Shown in pieces: positions 14,872-28,753 of a DNA stretch of 64,000 nucleotides. A program made the position numbers and the translations under genes. This stretch comes from Chrysomallon squamiferum (taxonomy: Eukaryota; Animalia; Mollusca): contig CM022679.1 in assembly GCA_012295275.1 (NCBI GenBank), positions 6,882,001-6,946,000 of the forward strand, written 5' to 3'. The notes beneath the pieces were generated by a model that saw nothing but the letters and a program-made list of their open reading frames with translations, was not told the origin of the DNA and searched no databases. Each line of letters opens with the position of its first letter. Within the stretch, counting starts at the first letter, position 1.

Positions 14872-16008
14872 TGAGAATAGGATTCGGATCAATAGACCTG
14901 ACCAGTGTAATTTTTTTTTTTTTTTTTTTTTTTGCTTATAAATCGAGAATCAAAATAGAGAATAGATTTTAAAAAGGTGGGCGCTGTCGAATCTGTGCAC
15001 AAATAGTTGCTGCCTCACTTGCTGGCTTTGAAATGTCATATTCGTTTCGTCAGATACTATCATTATTTTTTTAAACTAATAATCACCTTGAAACCTAAAA
15101 ATTAATCTGTGACGAACGCCGTGACGGAGAAATTTTTTTCTCAAGTGTCTCGTATTAATAAGTAAATATATAACACTATTTGTACAAAAACAGAAAAACT
15201 TTGTTTGTATGCCTCGAGCACAAAACGGTCAAGAGTTTACGACTAGCACAGTCTCTTCCACCTACCATTGTATCTCTTGGATAATGGCGCTCGAATAAAC
15301 ACTTTGGGTTAAGGAAAAGCAAACAAACAAGCAAACGAGTCCTTAACTCACAAACTCTCTCCCAGACACAAACACACACTTACATATTGATAGCCTCTGC
15401 TAAATATAGATGAATGAATATTTTCGTCCACGTTTGGCTTGCGAGAACTTGCATTTTCTATCTAAAGATTGTGGATATGAAGATCTACTGCGCGTCTCAA
15501 ACTAGGTCTCGATAACAGTCAAGAGAAATATCGTCTGCGACATCGTATGATACAGTCTTTTCAGCGCTAAGTGCCAACTACAACACATATATCTGTCGTC
15601 TGCTGTTAGTGTTCTGAATTTGTAATTGTCCGTATCTGTGTAGAAGAAGGATTACATAGTTACATGAACAGGAAAAGAGCACAAGTAATACGTCTTTTCC
15701 TGGAAGTATTGTGTTGTTTCCTAATCGACTATTCAACAGAACGATTTGCAAGCCATTTAACAGGTAGGCCTACTACTGTGTTTTTATTATTGTGTAATAG
15801 CCTTGCTATAATTATGTCGATTTGAATAGACGAATTGATTTCCTTGGATACCAGTACATCCTTGAACATAATAATACGGTTACAAATACCGTTAGTAAAC
15901 CAAAGGAAAACTGTTAACCAACACTGAAACAAAAATATTATTTTCCTTTATTATTATTTCTGTACTTTTATTATATTTACATTATTTATTTATTTATTTA
16001 TTTATTTA

Positions 16009-16050
<42 letters not shown>

Positions 16051-16970
16051 AGAAGAAGAAAAAGAAAGAAAAAAAAAAAAAGAGAAGAAGATAGGAATAC
16101 ATTTCAAAAATATAATTATTACATAGGATTTATAGTAGCTTTATGTTACCTTGTATGGGGAGCCGCCTTTTAAACATTTGTATATATATATTGTATGTAA
16201 ATAATAATGAGTGGTTTTTTTTATTGTTATTTTTGTTATACGCTTGTTTGTGTATGGATATGTGTATGTATTTCTACATAATTATGTATACGTCTGTAAA
16301 GGTGAATGTGTTTATATATTTCTGCTTAGGTATTTACATCTAATATATGTAATATTAAATGTTTCTATGTACGTATATTCGTGGTTTTTGTATGTATGTA
16401 TGTTAACATACATACATACAAACATACATATATATATACACTCATATATACATATATACATACACACATATACACATATATTTATCTCTTGTTTTTACCT
16501 GTATCTTAAAACTGTTAAGTATGAAACGGAAACAATGCGGCCAGATGTCATTTATTTGTCGCTGTCCTAGTTTCTGACTGGTTGTAAGTGTTACAACACT
16601 GCGACAAGGAAACTGTAATGAATAATACATTTGTAAATTCTGTTAGAAATAATATAACGAGTTTTTTTCATTCTAAACAGTTTTTTCATGTGTCTCTCCT
16701 TGTCCTGACTGCCTAGTCCATCTCTGTTAGAGTCAGTCGCATGACACACAGATGGATACTTTATATATCTCTTATGTATATATATATATAATTTTTAAAA
16801 AGATAGACAAATGAAACACAAGCCATTCCTTCTGTGATACAAAAGCAGAAACAGTTCCTCATGGAACTATGAAAATCAGTAAATAACGATAATTAAAGTA
16901 GAGGCATTACTAATAAAAATAAACAGTGAATATTAATTTACAAAATAATGATAACATTATCCATGATACA

Positions 16971-17070
<100 letters not shown>

Positions 17071-17112
17071 CTATTAAAATGAAATCCTATATCTGATACA
17101 ATCCTGCCCACT

Positions 17113-17127
17113 CACTTCCTGACGTCA
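17113..17127. promoter_or_regulatory. ETS-like plus CRE composite CACTTCCTGACGTCA
   Basis: ACTTCCT (GGAA core on minus) overlaps TGACGTCA at 17120-17127; function untested. Confidence 0.25.
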
Positions 17128-18124
17128 CAATAGAAATATTACGGAATATGATATGTTTAAGTGTATACACACATATACAAATATTTTCTTTTCAGAACCG
17201 TAACAGTTACAGAATAAGATTCACACTGTGGTGGTTATAATTAATGCTATTTATGGCGTCTTTGACTGGAACATTTAGTCAGCAAGTATTTGTGGGTGTT
17301 TTTTTTATGGATCTGCGTTTGGTCACAACAATTACAATCCAGATAATAACAGGATTTTGTACAAATAGTACAAGGGTAGTTGACAGGCGTAATATATTAA
17401 TCTGTATTTATCTAAATCATTGTTTCCTCTTTGTATAAAATACATATGAATATGAATATATAGACCGAATACATTTCAAATATTAAGTGTTTTTTTATTT
17501 TTTATTTGTTTATGACTCCATCCTTTGATGAGTGTGAAGTATGATAATAATAATTATAATAAACTCGTATCACTAACAAATCTCTATATATAATTATATA
17601 CCTTATCTATATTTATTTATCTATCTATCTGTCTATCTATCTATCTATCTATGTATTAGACATGCAGACAGAAAGACAGATCGATTAACAGATATATAGA
17701 TTGGTAGGTATTTAAATATAAATTTATATAGATAGATAGATAGACATTCAGACAGATAGATAGATTTTTAAACTTTAGTATAGTCATGTCCTGTTTATTA
17801 CTGGTTCTTAATTTGTATTGTTAGATTATTATTTAGTAATGAAAACGTGAAAACAATCCAACAACAACAAAACTAAAAAAAGCTTGATAGCCGTTTATAT
17901 GTCTTTCTGTTAGCGTGCACTTATTTAATCAATCTTTTATGCTAGCACTGTTATTATTATGAAGTAGTAGAACTAGGATGTGAAGAGTATGTAAAATGCC
18001 TAGAATTTCATTCCTTTTATTGTAGTCGTGAGTGTGTATTCTCTATTACCAAGACGTTTATAATGCGTATGTTGTTTTCTTTATTTACATCTGAACGTAG
18101 AAGCACTAACTGGTGGTACTAATA

Positions 18125-18313
<189 letters not shown>

Positions 18314-20123
18314 TGATAGTGATAATGATGGCTAATATGAAAGTAATTACAGTTTTCTCTATGTATTGTTGTTGTTATCATAAGTTTATGTAATATGATG
18401 ATGATGGTGATGGTACTGGTGCTGGTAATGATGTCTTATATTATGATGGTTATTGCATGTAATGTCTCTGTGTTTCAATTCAGTAGTGATGTTAATGCTA
18501 TTCGCTAAACATGAAAATCTCTCTTCTGTCGATGATTAAATTGTCTAGAAATTTTAAAGTGGCTCTCCCTGCGATGAACACTTCTCTATTTACTGAAATA
18601 TTCAATGCCATAATAATATAATTTCATCGGTTGGAATCGCGCATAGCAGTAATTAACAGAATCATTTCTCCTCAGTGTCTCCACTGGGCTATTTTAATTT
18701 AAATCTGTCACATGACTTTCCTGTCTGTTAGAAAGTGTATTTTATTTTTAAAATGGAATGTCATTATTATAAAATAATGATGATGATGATAAAAAAAAAT
18801 AAATAAATTAAAAAAAAAAAAAATAATTAAAAATAAAATAACAGCAACAAAAATTAGATAAGTAAACAAACACATTTCACTCTTAATAAGCGTTAATATT
18901 TTAATTTGCCAAAGCTAGTTAAAACAATTTCACAAAATTCCGTGTACGAATTCATGGTAGACGACGATTATAAAATACATTTTTCTCTATCTATCATGAT
19001 TTAAAAAATATTAATATTGTCTGGGAAAAAGCATATGAAACATTTATTCGAGAAGAAATACAAAAACTGGATGAAATTTAAAAAAAAGAAGAAGTTAAAA
19101 CTATCAAATGGTACATGACATCATGTCAAGACAATTTAACTACTTCGATATTAAAATGATGTCTAATTTACAAAGTTCAGACAATGATACCAAGATGTTT
19201 ATGATATGCAGCTTAGACGAAATCCATATTAAAATGACTAAAAAAACGATATCATAGATAGCACTTCTATATATTACTTAAGTATCGGCATTATTTCAAG
19301 TCATAAACTTACATTTAACAAGAAGAAAAGAGACAAATAACTTAGTCATGGTAGCATCTGGAGAAAATAACGTGCTATAGTTAGGACATAAATTGTCAGT
19401 TGAATACCAATGTGTTATCTCCAAGTTGCCTGGCGTGTTTAATTAAAGATGACCAAACTGCAATATGTACAGCTAGATCGATATTAAGACAATCAACTCC
19501 TTAACTGTTACTAGTCATCCATGTTACGAGACAATAAAGTTCTTAACTCATGGTAGTCATTCATGTTTAAATCAGAACTCCCTTTCAACTTTGTTTATGG
19601 ACGTTTTTGATGAAAATTAGTTTCAATTAGGCGTTGTAAATTCAGTATGAATTTCCATAAGTTACTGCAATTTTCGTTCCTTTTAAATGACTTTAGAAGC
19701 CAAATTATAATCCTACACTTACTTGTAGGAGTAGGTTTGTATTTTTCATATTTATCACTAGATGAGTTATATTTTATTTTGCATGATTCTTTACTGTTTT
19801 TGTTTACTATTTGATGTGAATCTGTTATTTTTACAAATTTTAAACCAAACTTTAGATTTTATCGTAGTATACATATATGTATATAGATATACATACAGTT
19901 CATACAGACAATCCACGAAACCCTTTTAAACATTCGCACTGAAATAATAAATAAAGAGCTAATATGTAAGGAATGATTTTTTCACCTTTAACATACACGA
20001 TTGTACAATTATATAAAGTTGAAAAAGAAAGACAAGTTGTATTTACAGTCAGTTTATTGGCGTCTTTTAAATTTGTTATTACTATATTTGTTATTATTAT
20101 TATAATAAGTAGTAGTAGTAGTA

Positions 20124-20197
20124 GCTTTGTGCCTTGTTCGTATACAAAAATATTTTAATAATAATAAAGGCGCAATAACACTAACTGACGTTTAATG
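20124..20197 (+). repeat. Dispersed direct repeat, copy 1 (about 70 bp)
   Basis: gctttgtgccttgttcgtatac...aataaaggcgcartaacactaactgacgtttaatg also occurs at 23009-23077. Confidence 0.9.
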
Positions 20198-21094
20198 CTT
20201 TTTTAGAATAGTCGTAGTATTAGTAGTACTTGTTGCTGTTGTTGTAGTGGCAGTAGTAGTAGTAGCTGTAGTAGTGATAGCAGTAGCAGTAGTAATAGTG
20301 GTAGTAGTAATAGTTCTTATAGTATGAGCAGCAGCAACATGTTTGGATGGATAGTAAATGTAATAACATTATGATAGAAGTATTGTAACAGTGATGTTAA
20401 TGTTTACAGTAATATTAGAAATAATAATAATAATAACAACAACAAGAACAACATTAACAATAACAATGTCACCGACAGCATTGTAGGTTCTATTTTTATC
20501 ACTAGTCTTAGCAGTAGAAGCAGCATTTATAAAGCCATCATTAGCCTCCCATGTGTATCCATTTAAATAGCAGCATTAAGTTATTAGTTTATTCATAAAT
20601 TCATTTAATATTTTGGGATGGGTCTGAAGTTACTTTCTTCCAGCTAAGAGCTTTGTATTTTCTACATTATTAATATACTTATACTCCATTCTGAGGAAAG
20701 CAAATCAAATAACAAAACGTCAAGAAGACCCTCCACGCAAAATATACAGAGAAATTTAAAAAATAAAAAAATAAAAAGCAAACGATTACAACTGAAAACA
20801 AAGTAATCATCTAACATTTTCTTGTTTATTCTAAGAAACAGATTTCGTTGGTAAAATATTTTTTCTCCATTCAAACCTTCCGGCATTCTGTAGATGATTA
20901 TGACAATAAAACATGGTTAAATGTTTAAGTTCTGACGGAAATAAAAAATTAAAATCTGCACTGCTGAATTTGGAGGGATGGGTTTCCAAATTACAAATTT
21001 AGTGGAATGAGTGAATATACATTCTTTGTAAATGGTTATAAGAAGAAAAAAAAAAATTGTATTTATTATATTTCTATAATGAAGATATGGGAAA

Positions 21095-21265
21095 GGAGAG
21101 CTACGGCTGCCATTCTGTGAGTGGGTTACCCTCACTGATTAATGCAAGGAAAGAACTTATGATCATGTTTTTAAAATGTTCTCAGCCACTGGCTGGAACG
21201 GGAAATAGATCCATCGATTATCGTTCTTCAGGCCAATGAACTAATCAGCGATCTGAAACTCGCCC
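21095..21265 (-). mobile_element. Decayed SINE-like copy
   Basis: cactggctggaacgggaaatag is the reverse complement of ctatttcccgttccagccagtg seen in + copies; ends in ...ctcgccc (GGGCGAG head on the minus strand). Confidence 0.55.
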
Positions 21266-23008
21266 ACTAGTACCAAAAGTACATTAATAATTACCCGTGT
21301 GAGAATTCATGTTTAATAACAGCCTCTTGTTGCATATGAAAAGAAGTTTCAGATATCCAGGAAAAACTCATTTTAATAAAAAAATGTTTTTACCTTGTTT
21401 ACGCACACACAAAAGACATAGTGGAAACAGCATCAGATACGTTCATCTGCCCACATTGTCTAGTTTCAGTTACAGTAGTGTCATATGGCATACTAAATGA
21501 ACTCGTGTTGACAAAGCTGTATATCACTGCAAATTTCATCTTGCAGATGTTGTATCGAAAAAATGGGAGCGGCAGAAAAAAATACATGGTGAAAAAAAAA
21601 AAAACTAAAATAAAAATAAGAAACAATGAAAAAAAAGAAAAATTAAAAATTAACAACAACAAAATAAAATAAAATAAATAAATAAATAATAATAAATGAA
21701 AATAAATAAATAAATAAATAAATAAATTAAAATAATTAACAACCAAATAAGGAGATAAACAAACACGTAAATATTATATGTAAATAAATAACAATATGAA
21801 CTATATGAACCATCTTTTTCCCAAGAATTGCCCACGAAACACACATTTAGAAATATTTAATCATTATGAATAATTATCTTGATGCAGCTAATATACTTCT
21901 GTTTAATAAATAAGGAGATGTAGCATGGAAACGTTGTGTTTTCTGTCAGTTCATTGATCGGTTCTAAAAATAATTATTTTTTTTATTTTAAAATAAAAGG
22001 GTTCGATTTATAATGTTTTTATCGGATAGAGTAAAAGGTTTAAAAAAAAAAAATAAAATAAAATACAAACATTATTAACCATATACCAGCAATCATTTCC
22101 CATTAACTGAGAAAAAATGAAGAAATCATCATGTAAACAAAGAAAGAAAAAAGTATTTTCAACTGATCAATAATATACAGAATATTTTTTCTTGCAATAG
22201 ATGGATATGTACTATATAATCTACATTTTTAAGAATTTTTTAATTTTAATATCTAAATATTTAGTATACTAAATAAACTGAAACTTAAATTAAGAAAGAT
22301 GCATAAGTGGTTTGTTTTGTAATTTTTTTGTAATTTAACCTGTGTTTCTTTTTTTTCTCATTTTTATGTGTTTAGTATGTTTTTGAATTTCTATTTTTTA
22401 ACACATAAAATAAATGGTGCTTGTAGCAGAAATAGTGTAAACTGAAATTGTAATGTTAGAAGAAAGGGAAAGTAAGACAGGAATAGTAGGAATACAATAA
22501 TATAAAAGAAATGGCAGCTATGACAGAACTAGAAATAGTTGTAGTAGTAGTAGTGGTAGTAGTAATCGAAATAATAGTAGCATTAGTAATAATAATAATA
22601 ATAACAATAGTAGTAGTAGAAGATGTTGAAGTTGTAGTTGTAACAATAACAGTAGTTATAGTAGTAGTAATATTAATAGTAGTACAAGTAGTAGTATAAG
22701 AGTAGTAGTACTATTAGTATTAGTATTAGTAGTAATAGTAGTAAGAAAACAAAGATTTTCAGGAATATGCCTGTTTGTACTATTATATCAACAAAAGTAT
22801 TTATTTTTGCAAGAATAAAGTATTAAGACCAACTCGGACCGCCATAACAAAACGAGCAATGTAGCGAAATAGTTTTGTAGTCAGAGTGACTTAAGAAGTT
22901 ATACGATCAAACAAACCATTCACTGAAATTTGAAAACACCCTTTTGCAATTGTATGCATTCCTTTTCACTGTATTTAGTCTTGACGACGCTATTTATTTT
23001 GTTGTTCT

Positions 23009-23077
23009 GCTTTGTGCCTTGTTCGTATACGAAAAATATCTTAATAAAGGCGCAGTAACACTAACTGACGTTTAATG
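23009..23077 (+). repeat. Dispersed direct repeat, copy 2
   Basis: Near-identical to 20124-20197, with few substitutions and a small indel. Confidence 0.9.
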
Positions 23078-26000
23078 TTGATTTTTTGTACAACAAACGT
23101 ATTGTAAGGTTTTGTTCTAAGAGCTTAAATGAATATGTTATGATGATTAATTATAATTTTAATTTTAAATTTTGTGAGTTTTATCACAAATGCCTGCTGT
23201 GCATAAAATGTAACTTTGGTAGTATGTACGTAAAGCATACATACATTATATATACATTCAAATTATTAATATGAAACCAGTCTTTGCTATAAACAAAATA
23301 ACATCAAGATAAAGCTTGTTATGTTACTGTCATTCTTTATTTTTAACAAAAATTCATTTAAAATGGTACTGAATAAGATTTCCGTTCAGAAGCACGTGGC
23401 TTTTGTTATATTTGATAACATTGATCTGTAAAACGTGTGAATAGTTTTCTGTGAAGTGATTATCATTTCTGATAACTGTTATAATATGTACGAGTATATC
23501 TCTTTTCTAGTGTGAACTAAAATACATTTATCTTAATAACATTATCTAAACTGTTTTTTATATCAGAGGAACGTTAATCGTTGAAAAGGCTGTATTGTAG
23601 CTAGGTGGTCAGAACATTATGGATATCAGATCCAACCACTCTGACATTTCGTTAAATAAATATTATCCTGAATTTCTATTTAAAGACTTCATGTAATTAT
23701 CAGAAACCAAAAATGTGTCTTCTGTTATTTTCATTTTATTCATAAAACAAATTTTACTGTTTGTGTGTAACATCATAGATACTAAATTGTGTAAATCTTT
23801 TCTTCCCGCTTTTCTTTTATTGTGACATTGCTAATGTTTCACAGTCACATAAAATTAAAAATTAATGTTACAAAATGAATATGAAGAGGAAGCAAAAATA
23901 AACTATTTCGTCCTTCAGGAAAATGTTCAGGATTGTGGCGTGTGTTTATGAGAATATTTTTGAACATAGTATAAACAGTGGATATAAAGGACATATTTTT
24001 TATATTTTGTTCTGCATTTAACTAGTTATTAAATTGCTCAGTAATTAAGGTTCATTCCCTGTGGGCATGCCTTCAGACAAACGAGTTGCCCCGTTCTTGA
24101 TAAAATGTATCAGTAATGTCTTTATAAGACTTTCATTACGATTTTCGTTTTACGTTTAGGTTATTTTCGTCCGAATACTAGTATCCATTAAACATTCATG
24201 CATTCTGTCCACGCTCGGGATTGAAATAAGCTATTCACTTCGCGAATAGAGTGATTACGGAAGAATATATTTGTAGTTTGCTATTTGTCGTTCTGTGGTC
24301 TTATTTTCTAACAGTGAAATGCGGTGAGTGGGTATTTTTCGTGCAATTAGTCATAAATGTAAGTCGTAGATATATCCTCTGTTCTAGACAGAAACACAAT
24401 GTTCTGTGATTACTTTCTTGTCTATAGCGAAGGACATACGTCTTTGATTCCTCTGTTGACCAGTAACTTGAACTTGATATCGCAGGTTATAACACCAATG
24501 ATGATATCTCCGATGTAGTTGCCTGAGTATAATAATTTGATGGCTACACATTTTCTCTTTGGCAAAATAGTTATGGCATTAGTAAAAATGTCAGGTTATG
24601 TGATCTTATCTTGGTGCCTGCTTTGGCCTAATTATTATTGGGAACATTTAAGGTATCTTCTCACTGAACGGTCAACTGAATTTCTTAGAAACCAGTACAA
24701 CCGTAAAATAAAATATACTGCAGATTTGCACGCGTGTAGAAACATATTTTATATAACCACAGTGTTTATAGGTATTTTTCCAAATGCCTGTTATGTTATG
24801 AAAAGCTGCGATACTTTTATTATCAACATTCTCGTTTAATTTTATTATCAATAGTTTTTCGAAAATCAAATAATCGATTTATGATAATCAAATGAACAAC
24901 TGCTATATAAATAAGTCTACATTATTTCGACATTAGTTTTACAGTGAACATGCTTAGAAACAGGCGACGCGTGACGGAAGATGGATTGCATTGATCGTGA
25001 CCTGGACCGGTTCTGTCTTTAAAAATGCCACAGGTTCGACGTTTGAGTGAACACCACAAATTGGAAAGTGTTTACTGGGATTCATCAGTTAGCAAACAGA
25101 TTAAGTTCTGTTATTGATATCAGAGGCTCTCCTCGTCTGTAAAGATAATTTCTGAAAGGCATGTGGATTTAAGAGCATCTTGGCTTTTATAAGACTAGTC
25201 AAACACGAGACCATTTACGCGAACCATATCAAAATACATTTTAATAATGGCCAAACTGGCAGCTTGTCGAGCTGAAAGACAATTTCTGTGTATAATACTG
25301 GTCCTAAAAATTATACAGAATCCTTCTGAAGAAAATGAAAATAAATTTAACATTTTGGTCAGTTGTTTTTTAGTTTTTCACTTGTACCATGTTACGTTTT
25401 CTTTTTACATTTTCTTCAGTTATCTGACATTTTAGACTTTTAGTAAGGTTAAAAGAACTGCAGCTACATGTATTCATAGAATAATTATAGCGAAAACCGA
25501 CAGTGCATTATGACTATTTTAGAATAATTATCTGATGAAAGCATTCGTAATAGTAATATACTATCTACATTCACCTAGATGTCCTTGGCATATTGGCAAA
25601 GATATTTTCAGCCAGTAAATCTGAGCTTTATAATTTTCTTGATATTATTAATCAGATATTTATAATGCACTTCAAATCCCGTGTCATCCCCAGAAAATTA
25701 AAATGTAGCGGCGCAAGTTAATTTTGTGTATTCTCAATGAAGACTGAAAAAAGTAGGAAAATATCTAATTTGTTAAGATCTAAGGATGGATAAATAAATT
25801 ATTGATCAAAATCGATAGAAATCGGGTAAGAGACAGATTTGTTAATTTGGGCTCTGCAGACACAGTCCTGATTTCATGTGATGTTTTTACAGGGTTCTGT
25901 TCAGATACAATACACAGGCAACACGTGAGCCGTTAAGTCTGGAACGTTGTTGGCGGAGTATGGTCTTTCTCTTATAACCTTTATACAATACCGGGGTAGA

Positions 26001-26384
26001 TTCTTTAATTTTCTTTTCTTTTTTTTTTTTTTTTTTTTCACGGGAGGGCAACGATGAGTGAATTTAACATCATTCGGGTCTTTTTTGTTTCCCCTCCCCA
26101 GATTTCTTCTTTAAAGGGGGATAATTAACACTTTTAACTCTTTTAGACCAATTAGAGTTATTCCCCATTACAATTGATTATTTTTTATTATTATTATTAT
26201 TTTAAGATTGATATGCAATTGATGAAGAAAACCACCACTGTTATAACCATCAATACCACTAACAACGACAACAACAACCCCAAAAGTAGCAACAACAACA
26301 ATAACAAACAAACAAGAAAAATCCAAATATTTATTTAATATTTAGTTTTATTTTGAAAATAGGTTTATGTAGTTCGATTATTAT

Positions 26385-26456
<72 letters not shown>
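26385..26456. repeat. (TAC)n microsatellite
   Basis: Direct reading. Confidence 0.95.
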
Positions 26457-27376
26457 CTATTATTATTACTGATGAGTGCAAATTCATCAAATTGGTTACT
26501 AAGATTTTGAAAACATTTACAAACTGAAGAACATTTATTCCTTCGAGTTTATTTAGGGATCATTTATAATAAGAGTAAATATAAATATTTTTTTTAGCCG
26601 TTTAGATGTCGAAGCCAGACAAAACATATTCTATGATACACGTATACATAAATGTATAATTTTTTTTAAACACATTTAAACTTGCATGTGCTTGTGTGCA
26701 GAAGGAATCAAATACATATAATACATACATAAATACATAATTAATGAATTATAATTATTTAAATTATATAAATACGCATACATATCTGCAAACCTGCTGA
26801 TTTCTGAAATAGTCAACATTGGTTGCTTGTATCTTTATTTATCACAAGTACAAAACACTTGATGTGTAAAATCGATAGTCACAAATAATAAAATACTGCT
26901 AAAGCATGGCGCACAACTCATAAATTTAACGGAGGTTAACTGAAAGCTCGAGCTTACTGTCCCCAGCGAATGCTTTTCTTTTTGTGAGGGGAAAAAAAAT
27001 GTTATCATCTTTATCGATATATGACTTGAGATGCTTGTGATATGGAATATTTTGTATCTAATGTGTAAAAATGTTTTCCTTAAGACGGTTGCCAGAGCGA
27101 CCGTTCTCATCATTTTGACGAACTTAACAACGATTTGTTGGCTGTCAGTTGCAGTGGAAAACTTTTGACAGTCGACATGGGCAACTTTAAAGGGACTGGT
27201 GACTTAACAAATATGAATCTGAGAATTTAATTATTAAAAGTTCACGACCTTGCAGAAGTCAGAAACAAGATATCACTTAAAAATAGATTAATATATTTCT
27301 AATACCTTGTGGTCCCTAAGACCATTAAGAATAGCTACACTTTTGGGGTTATTTCTCTTTATAGACAATGCACAAA

Positions 27377-27417
<41 letters not shown>

Positions 27418-28679
27418 ACACAAACACATAAACTCGAAGGTGTAAATGTAAATAATGAGTTACAATATTATTTAAAGTCCCTTTATTCTAATCTTTGTAT
27501 AAACACATTGCAAATTGTTTTTTTATAATTAAATTGTTACAAGTTGCTAAAAAGTGCTATAGCAGTGCAGTTCTGCCAATTACTGATAACTCTTGTTAAG
27601 AAACACATTATACTTCATTTATTTACTGTCGAAGTAATAGAAAATGAAAAAGTTTTTATGAAATTTCGTTTATTCATTTCTCGCGGTTAGAAACACTTCA
27701 CTGGCACTTTCTACGACTCTAAAGAAAGACAAATATTCATTCATTCATTCATGACCTGAACCAAGAAATGCCGTTTTGGTCCTCATTCATTTGCTAAACT
27801 AAGAAACTTCGATTATCGATGCTCGTATTTAATTTTTCGAGTTAATTTATGCGGCAAATATGAATGTATAAGTTTCATCCCTGTGCCACTGACACTGTTA
27901 TTAAAAACTACGACAGAAACAAAATTGATAAGCCTTAATATTCAACCGTCATTTCAAAACAGCTGTTTATTGATATAACTTCTTACAGAACAATGCTTAA
28001 AAAAATGCTAATGAAATAAGATTAATATTGTGGCACGACCTATTGATTCGTGTATTTTCTATAATAGATATAAAAAATTAAAAAAACAGGTTTTTTAAGT
28101 AAAGTTTTTATTATGACAAAACAATTTACATTTCAAACAGTTCTCGAATTCAGCAGTTTGCAGTTTATAACATATATACATAAACATATACACAGACATA
28201 TATAAACATACTTATACATAAAAACATGCATACATATACATGCATAAACACGTATACACATACATATCTACATAATTATATAAACACAAACACACACAAT
28301 CACACACGCACGCACACAGATAAATTAAAATGTCCATACAAACATATTTATACATATGTTCAGAATGAAAAATCAAAATAAAATTTTATTAATAAAAATC
28401 AGTCTAGCAAATACACAATCGAATTATTAACGTGTATTTTTCAAGAGGTTGTTTTCAAGGAGAATGCTTTCCTGTTATTTTTGCTTCCGGTGGGGAAGAG
28501 ACAAGATTTACGCAGTTTGTGTAAGTTATTCTGCCGAAGGAATTGTTCTAAATCACGTATTCTAGCTTGTTTGTCTAATAAGCATCTCACCGAAAAGCTT
28601 ATCTTTATATTTACTTATTAATATTTTATTACCATTATTCTTAAAACAAAAAGCCCCAAAGAATGTATCAATTTTATAT

Positions 28680-28701
28680 TATTATTATTATTATTCTTAT
28701 T

Positions 28702-28752
<51 letters not shown>

Positions 28753-28753
28753 G
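28680..28753. repeat. (ATT)n(GTT)n microsatellite
   Basis: Direct reading. Confidence 0.9.

Noticed and set aside
24519-24869. 106-aa + ORF and overlapping 65-aa - ORF
   Set aside because: Non-ATG (TTG) start for the + ORF, no recognisable domain and AT-driven composition.
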